Notes under the pieces: generated by a model
Databases searched by the model: none
What the model was told of the DNA's origin: nothing
The model's input: the letters and a program-made list of their open reading frames with translations, nothing else
Made by a program: the position numbers and the translations under genes
In this document: positions 58,341-64,000 of the stretch, in pieces
Numbering within the stretch: position 1 is the stretch's first letter
How the letters are laid out: every line of letters begins with the position of its first letter
Assembly (NCBI GenBank): GCA_963716255.1
Contig: OY970303.1
Coordinates: 4,192,001 to 4,256,000 of the forward strand
Origin: an uncultured Gemmatimonadales bacterium
Lineage (GTDB): Bacteria > Gemmatimonadota > Gemmatimonadetes > Longimicrobiales > Longimicrobiaceae
Length of the DNA stretch: 64,000 nucleotides
Direction of reading: 5' to 3'

Positions 58341-58463
58341 AGACCCCGCGGGCAGTTTCGCGGGGGCTCGACTCCGTTGGGCTGCGTTGTTTGCAGCCCT
58401 ACGGAGCCGAAGCCCGACCCCGGCGCCAGCCGGGGGCACGCCCGAATCCGCCCTGAAATGCCG

Positions 58464-59474
58464 TCACTGCTGCTGCGCCGACTCGCCGAGGCAGCGCGGA
58501 CCCTCCCACACCTTCCGCCACCGGCCGCCGCGGTCCTGGGAGATCGCCTCGTACCAGGCCTCGCTGGGCCCGTACACCTGCGCGAGGATGTCGGGGCCGC
58601 CGGTGCCGTTCCAGTTCAGGTAGTCCAGCATGCGGGGCGCCGCCTTGCCGGTGCGCCGGTAGTCGCGGACTTCCTGGTAGAACGGCGTGTACCCGCTGCG
58701 CGTCTCGTAGCCGGCCACGTAGAAGATGCTGTACCCGTTGGGCTCGCCGGGGCCCACGGCGAGCTGGTCGCCCACCAGGTAGGTGGCGGCCATCTCGGGG
58801 TTGCCGCCCTGCACCACCTCGATGGCCTGCATGTCGCGCTGCGCCCCGGGCCAGCTGCGCGGCCGGGGGAGGCCGTTCTGGAGCACCAGCTTCTCGGCGA
58901 CGATGCTGGCGAAGGTGCGGATGCTGCCGTTGACCTGCGGGGGCGTGTACTCGCCGCGCACCTCGGGCTCCAGCCCCTTGCGGAAGGCGAGGAACTCGCC
59001 CACGTCGGCGGCGGCGGCGACGGTGGTGGCGGTGCCCACGGCGGTGGGGATGCCGCAGGCGGTGGCCGGGCCGTTGCCGGTGAGCGTCAGCGTTCCCACC
59101 GGCGCGCCGCGGCGGAAGAGCGCCAGCTGCGCGCCGGGCTCCAGCACCGCCTGGCGGAAGCGCGACTCGTACGCCTGCGGCGAAACGCCGGCCGGGCGGC
59201 GCAGGGTGCGCAGCGAGTCGCCCGCCACCTCGGCGACCGGGAACACCTGGGTGCCGGCGGTGCCCCTGACCACGTGGAAGATCACGGTGCCCGAGGGGAG
59301 CCCCAGGTCGGCGTAGGTCTGTGCGTCGGGGGTGATGTCGCGCACTCCGCCCGGGGGCGGAGGCGGCACCAGCTGCACGTCCGCGCCGCCCCAATTCACA
59401 TTGTCGCAGCCCGGGAGAGCGGTTAGAATCAGGAGCGCCGTGATCCCGGCGCGGGGCTTCGTCGCAATCGGCAT
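58464..59474 (-). CDS. Conserved hypothetical lipoprotein
   Basis: Signal ending LPGC; typical codon usage. Confidence 0.75.
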   Translation of the reverse strand: MPIATKPRAGITALLILTALPGCDNVNWGGADVQLVPPPPPGGVRDITPDAQTYADLGLPSGTVIFHVVRGTAGTQVFPVAEVAGDSLRTLRRPAGVSPQAYESRFRQAVLEPGAQLALFRRGAPVGTLTLTGNGPATACGIPTAVGTATTVAAAADVGEFLAFRKGLEPEVRGEYTPPQVNGSIRTFASIVAEKLVLQNGLPRPRSWPGAQRDMQAIEVVQGGNPEMAATYLVGDQLAVGPGEPNGYSIFYVAGYETRSGYTPFYQEVRDYRRTGKAAPRMLDYLNWNGTGGPDILAQVYGPSEAWYEAISQDRGGRWRKVWEGPRCLGESAQQQ

Positions 59475-59613
59475 GGAGTGACCTGGTGGCTGCTGTCTCC
59501 GAACGGGCTTCCGGCGCCGGGACAAGCAAGTACCCGGCCATGCAGGCACGCCGGGGCCGCCTCCGGCGGCATGGAAGCAAGCTACGGATTCTTCGGGCGC
59601 TCTGCCAGGCTAA

Positions 59614-60093
59614 ATGATCGATCAAATCGAGTTCCGGCGGGTGATGGGACACTTCGCCTCCGGGGTGACGGTGGTCACCACCGTGCGGGGGGACGGGGAG
59701 CCGTGCGGGCTCACGGCGAGCGCGGTCTGCTCGGTGTCCGTGAACCCCGTGCTGGTGCTGGTGTGCGTGGAGCACGACGCCTACACGCACGGCTGCATCG
59801 TGGCCGCGGGGAAGTTCGCGGTCAACGTCCTGGCGGAGGAGGGCGGCGAGAGCCTGTCGCGCCGCTTCGCCACCTTCGAGGTGGGGGACAAGTTCCGCGG
59901 CGTGGCGTTCCGCGAGGAGCAGACCGGCGCCCCGGTGCTGGAGGGCTCGCTGGCCTGGCTGGACTGCCGCGTCACGCAGGCGGTCGAGGCGGGCGACCAC
60001 ACCATCTTCCTCGGCGAGGTGGTGGCCGGGGACGCGCGCGAGGGAACGCCGCTGGTCTACTACCGGGGGGGATATGGACGCTTCACCCCCTGA
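59614..60093 (+). CDS. Flavin reductase-like protein
   Basis: FRRVMGHFASGVTVVT, GLTA, SVS.NP, AGDHTIF.G.V, PL.Y..G.Y. Confidence 0.93.
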   Translation: MIDQIEFRRVMGHFASGVTVVTTVRGDGEPCGLTASAVCSVSVNPVLVLVCVEHDAYTHGCIVAAGKFAVNVLAEEGGESLSRRFATFEVGDKFRGVAFREEQTGAPVLEGSLAWLDCRVTQAVEAGDHTIFLGEVVAGDAREGTPLVYYRGGYGRFTP

Positions 60094-61561
60094 GCGGCGC
60101 ATGGGCGCAACCGTCGCGTCGCGCGCGGCCCTGGTGGGGCTGGCGCTCGGGGTGGTGGGGATGGCCGGGGGAGGGCTGGTCCTCTTCCGCGCCGAGGGGG
60201 TGGTCGCCGCCGCCTCCACCGTGCTGGCCACCTTCGCCGTGGCGCTGGCCGCCGGGCTGTGGGCCGGGGTCCCGCCGGAGGAGGCCGGACCGGTGTCGCT
60301 CCCGGGGCGCTGGCTCTTCGCCGGCGTCGGGGTGGGGGTGGCGGGGATCTTCGCCACGGCGCTGGGGATCCTCAACCGCCTGGGCGGGCGGGGCGACGCG
60401 CTGCGCGTGCTGGGGCTCCTCTTCCTGATCGCGCTGCCGGTGTACGCGATCGGCTTTCTCCTCCCCCCGCTGGTGGGGTGGGCGGAAAGCGTCTTCGACC
60501 CGCTGGAGGAGGGCGACGAGGCGGCGGCGCGCCGCGCGCTGGGCGCCGTGGTCGTGGGCGTCCTCGCCGGGCTCGCCGCGGGGGCGCTGGCGGCGGGGTT
60601 CTTCCTGATCCCCAAGCTGAACCCGGGGCCGCTGCTGCTGGCGACCGCCGCGCTGCTCACCTCGCCGGTGCTCTTTCCGCGCGCCAAGCGGCCGGGCCCC
60701 GAGGAGCGGGTGCTGTGGGAGGTGGAGACGCCTTTCTCCACGCTGCGCGTGGTGGAGACCGCTTACCCGGGCGAGCGGCAGCCGGACCGCACGCTCTACC
60801 AGGACGACGAGATCGAGAGCGGGGAACTGGTGCGCAGCGGGGCGCCCACCTTCGCCTACGTGGCGGCCGGGGAGCGCTGGCTGGACGAGGTGTCCGGGCG
60901 CGGCGACGCGTACCTGTTCCTGGGCGGCGGGGCGTACACGCTGCCGCGCCGGGTGGCGGAGCGCGACCCATCGGCGCGGATCACGGTGGTGGAGCTGGAC
61001 CCGGAGGTGACGCGGGCGGCGTACCGCTGGTTCGGGCTGCGGCCGGAGCACGGCATCGTCTCGGTGCACGGCGACGCGCGGGCAGTGGCGGAGGGGTGGG
61101 CGGCGGAGGGGCGCGAGGGGTGGGACCGGGTGTACGTGGACGTGTACGGCGGGCGCGAGTCGCTCCCGCACTCGCTGGTGACGACGGAGGCGTTCGCCAC
61201 GCTGCGTGCCCTGCTGCGGCCCGGCGGGACGCTGGCGCTCAACGTCATCGGCACGGCCGTGGGCGAGGGGAGCCGGCGCTTCTGGAGCACGGTGCGCACG
61301 GCGGCGGAGTCGTTTCCGGCGGCGGAACTGTACTTTCACCTGGGGCGCGACTACCCGGAGCGGCAGAACTTCCTGCTGGCGCTCTCCCCCGACGCGGAGC
61401 GGAGCTGGCCAGCGCGCGCGGGGGTGTTCGAGCACTGGCCGGTGGAGGAGTGGCCGGACATGGAGGGCACGGTGGCGTTCCGCGACCGGGCCCCGGCGCG
61501 GGGACAGAGAAGCGCCGCGGTCTCCAGGGGAGACCGCGGCGCGGTGGGGGAGGGCGCGTAG
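60074..61561 (+). CDS. Membrane-fused spermidine synthase-like SAM-dependent protein
   Basis: N-terminal TM bundle; LGGGAY, VELDPEV, HGDAR, VDVY, L.PGG...N. Confidence 0.82.
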   Translation: MDASPPERRMGATVASRAALVGLALGVVGMAGGGLVLFRAEGVVAAASTVLATFAVALAAGLWAGVPPEEAGPVSLPGRWLFAGVGVGVAGIFATALGILNRLGGRGDALRVLGLLFLIALPVYAIGFLLPPLVGWAESVFDPLEEGDEAAARRALGAVVVGVLAGLAAGALAAGFFLIPKLNPGPLLLATAALLTSPVLFPRAKRPGPEERVLWEVETPFSTLRVVETAYPGERQPDRTLYQDDEIESGELVRSGAPTFAYVAAGERWLDEVSGRGDAYLFLGGGAYTLPRRVAERDPSARITVVELDPEVTRAAYRWFGLRPEHGIVSVHGDARAVAEGWAAEGREGWDRVYVDVYGGRESLPHSLVTTEAFATLRALLRPGGTLALNVIGTAVGEGSRRFWSTVRTAAESFPAAELYFHLGRDYPERQNFLLALSPDAERSWPARAGVFEHWPVEEWPDMEGTVAFRDRAPARGQRSAAVSRGDRGAVGEGA

Positions 61562-61573
61562 CCGGCGGGGGGC

Positions 61574-61903
61574 TCAGCGCGGCTTGCCGCGCCGCCCCTG
61601 CTTCTGCGCCTGCTGGATCTGCCCCTGCACGTGCTTGAGCGCCTGCTGGCGCTGCTCCAGGTGCCGCTTGGCGAGCTCGGCCTGCTTGAGCTTGGCGCCC
61701 TCGGCGCCCTTGTAGCGCGAGCGGTTCAGGAACTTGTTCATCAGCTTGAGCAGCGGCGCGCCCACGTACTTGAGCACCAGCGCCTTGCCCTTGTTCCCCT
61801 TCTGCTCGTGGTCGGCGAGGGCGTAGGGGAGCGCCTGGAGCGAGTCCTGGATCTGCCGGTGCATCTGCGCGGGGTCGCGCTTCTTTTTCTTCTGGTTCGC
61901 CAT
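61574..61903 (-). CDS. Small basic hypothetical protein
   Basis: 109 aa Lys/Gln-rich helical ORF with typical codon usage. Confidence 0.7.
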   Translation of the reverse strand: MANQKKKKRDPAQMHRQIQDSLQALPYALADHEQKGNKGKALVLKYVGAPLLKLMNKFLNRSRYKGAEGAKLKQAELAKRHLEQRQQALKHVQGQIQQAQKQGRRGKPR

Positions 61904-62022
61904 GGTTCCGGTCGGCGGATATCGTGGGCGGTGCCGGGTTTCCGGGATATCGGAGCGGTGCCGCGGCACCGTCGGAAACGGCGCCCGCGGGTGCTGACAA
62001 GCTAACGGTTATACACCGCTTT

Positions 62023-63186
62023 ATGAAGATTGTCCACCTGGCCGACCTGCACCTGGGCTTCCGCGCCTACCACCGCGTGACGCCCCGCGGCGTGAACGTG
62101 CGCGAGGCCGACGTGGCCGAGGCCTTCCGCCGCGCGGTGGCCCGCACGCTGGAGCTGCGGCCGGACGTGGTGCTGGTGGCCGGGGACGTGTTCCACACCG
62201 TGCGCCCCTCCAACGCATCCATCGCGGAGGCCTTTCGCCAGCTCTCGGTGCTCTGCGAGGGGCTGCGCGACGTGCCGGTGGTGATCATCGCCGGCAACCA
62301 CGACTCGCCGCGCTCCGCCGACACGGGGAACATCCTCACCCTGTTCCGCGAGATCCCCGGCGTCACCGTGGTCGCGGACGAGGCGCGCGCCGTCCTCCTC
62401 CCGCAGATCGAGACCTCCGTCCTCTGCCTCCCCCACAACTCGCTCGCCGTGGAGAGCGCCGGCCCGGTGCGTATGGAGCCGGACCCGCGCGCGCGCCACA
62501 ACGTACTGATGCTGCACGGCACCGTGGGCGGCAGCGTGGCCGAGCAGAAGCTGCGCTACGTGACCGAGTACGGCGGCGCCATCGTGGCGGACACGGACAT
62601 CGGGCCGGAGCGCTGGGACTACGTGGCGCTGGGCCACTACCACATCGCCACGGAGCTGGCCCCCAACATGTGGTACGCGGGGGGCCTGGAGCGCACCTCC
62701 ACCAACGTGTGGATGGAGGCGGAAGGTCCCAAGGGCTTCCTGTCGTTCGACACGGAGCGGCGCCGGGCGGAGTTCCACGCGGTGGAGACGCGCGCGGTGG
62801 TGGACCTGGCGAGGCTGTCGGCGAAGGGGCTGGCCTCGGCGGAGGTGGACGAGCGCATCCGCGCGGCGGTGGAGGGCGTCCCCGGCGGGATCGCGGGGAA
62901 GATCGTGCGCCTGGTGGTGGCCGACATTCCCCGGGCGCAGGTGCGCGAGCTGAACCACAAGCGGATCCGCGAGTGGAAGGCGGAGGCGCTCCACTTTCAC
63001 CTGGACGCCCGCCCGCCGGAGATCCGCCGCCGGGCGGCCTCGGGGGCGCCGGTGCGCCGGCAGACGCTGCAGGAGCAGGTGGCGAGCTACCTGGGGAAGC
63101 ACTGGCAGCTCAGCTCGGAGACGCTGGAGCGGGCGCGGCTGGTGGAGCTGGGCACGGCGTACGTGGACCGCACCGAGGACGCCTGA
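62023..63186 (+). CDS. sbcD: SbcD/Mre11 nuclease
   Basis: ADLHLG, AGDVFH, AGNHD, LHG, ALGHYH. Confidence 0.93.
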   Translation: MKIVHLADLHLGFRAYHRVTPRGVNVREADVAEAFRRAVARTLELRPDVVLVAGDVFHTVRPSNASIAEAFRQLSVLCEGLRDVPVVIIAGNHDSPRSADTGNILTLFREIPGVTVVADEARAVLLPQIETSVLCLPHNSLAVESAGPVRMEPDPRARHNVLMLHGTVGGSVAEQKLRYVTEYGGAIVADTDIGPERWDYVALGHYHIATELAPNMWYAGGLERTSTNVWMEAEGPKGFLSFDTERRRAEFHAVETRAVVDLARLSAKGLASAEVDERIRAAVEGVPGGIAGKIVRLVVADIPRAQVRELNHKRIREWKAEALHFHLDARPPEIRRRAASGAPVRRQTLQEQVASYLGKHWQLSSETLERARLVELGTAYVDRTEDA

Positions 63187-63190
63187 CGCC

Positions 63191-64000
63191 ATGCGCCTGA
63201 TCCGCCTGCGCCTGCGCAACTTCCGGCAGCACGCCGACACCGAGGTCCACTTCCGCCCCGGCCTGACGGGGATCATCGGGCCCAACGGGGCGGGGAAGTC
63301 CACCCTCCTGGAGGCGATCGCCTGGGCCGTGTACGGCGCGGCGGCGGCCCGCGGTACCAACGACACCATCCGCTTCAACCGCGCAGGGGCGCGCACCCGG
63401 GTGGAGGTGGAGCTGGAGTTCGGGCTGGGCGGCCACGAGTTCCGCGTGGTCCGCACGCTGAGCAGCGCAGAGGTCTACCTGGACGGCGGGGCCGCGCCGG
63501 TGGCCGCGACGCTGGGCGGCGCCACGGCCTACCTCCAGGCGCGCATCGGGATGTTGCGCGAGGAGTTCTTCAACACCTACTTCACCGGGCAGAAGGAGCT
63601 CCAGTTCCTCTCCGCCATGGGCCCGGCGGAGCGGGGGCGTTTCCTGTCGCAGGTGCTGGGTTACGAGCGGCTGCGGCGCGCGCAGGACCTGACGCGCACC
63701 CGCCGCAACGAGCTGCGCCACGAGATCAAGGGGCTGCGCACGGCGCTGGGCGACCTGGACGAGATCGTGGCGGAGCGCCGGGCGGCGGAGCAGCGGGTGG
63801 CGGAGGCCATCGCTGCGCACGCTGCCGCGCGCGAGGCGCTGGAGGGCGCGGGGCTGGCGGTGCGCGAGCTGGCGCCGCGCTGGCAGCAGGCGCAGGCCGC
63901 GCGAGAGCTCTTCGGCAAGCTCACCCACGCCATCGACACGGCGGAGCGCGAGCGGGACGCGGCGCGGCGCGACGTGCTGCGCGCGGAGGGGGAGCTGGAG
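63191..64000 (+). CDS. sbcC: SbcC/Rad50 SMC-like ATPase (partial, runs off window)
   Basis: MRLIRLRLRNFRQH...GPNGAGKST Walker A, then coiled coil; follows sbcD. Confidence 0.93.
   Translation, partial: MRLIRLRLRNFRQHADTEVHFRPGLTGIIGPNGAGKSTLLEAIAWAVYGAAAARGTNDTIRFNRAGARTRVEVELEFGLGGHEFRVVRTLSSAEVYLDGGAAPVAATLGGATAYLQARIGMLREEFFNTYFTGQKELQFLSAMGPAERGRFLSQVLGYERLRRAQDLTRTRRNELRHEIKGLRTALGDLDEIVAERRAAEQRVAEAIAAHAAAREALEGAGLAVRELAPRWQQAQAARELFGKLTHAIDTAERERDAARRDVLRAEGELE

Larger units (their letters stand above)
56983..58443 (+). repeat. Family A copy A8, split by the IS481 element (halves 56983-57014 and 58341-58443)
   Basis: Removing the IS and one AGAC restores ...GGGGCGAGACCCCGCGGGCAGTTTCGCGGGGGCTCG..., nearly identical to A2 there. 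Confidence 0.92.

Noticed and set aside
62023..64000. Nuclease plus SMC ATPase as an anti-phage defence system
   Set aside because: Motifs and gene order fit ordinary housekeeping SbcCD; the rest lies outside the window.

Overview
A very GC-rich bacterial chromosomal window. Gene content suggests Gemmatimonadota (Longimicrobium-like), which is an inference. It holds about 55 CDS, mostly housekeeping or accessory-metabolic: polA, zapE, dacB, fadJ-like beta-oxidation genes, a six-gene alternative complex III (act) cluster, trmJ, psuG, ygfA and sbcD plus a partial sbcC. It also carries LuxE/LuxC-like genes, a divergent phosphoribulokinase-like gene and two complete IS elements (IS4/IS50 group and IS481). 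No tRNA, rRNA or CRISPR array was seen. The most striking signal is non-coding. Two families of dispersed, highly structured intergenic elements are present: family A (8 copies, ~128 nt) and family B (7 copies, 1-3 modules each). Both display a conserved loop G-Y-N-G-T-W-T on hairpins whose stem sequence varies between copies but keeps base pairing, with a conserved mismatch 5-7 bp below the loop (34 such hairpins by eye). Both IS elements sit inside the same hairpin module of a family A copy. Two lower-GC patches are also worth follow-up: a small lipopeptide convergent with a TPR protein, and a lipoprotein coupled to a small membrane protein. Product calls come from motif recognition by eye; no searches were run.
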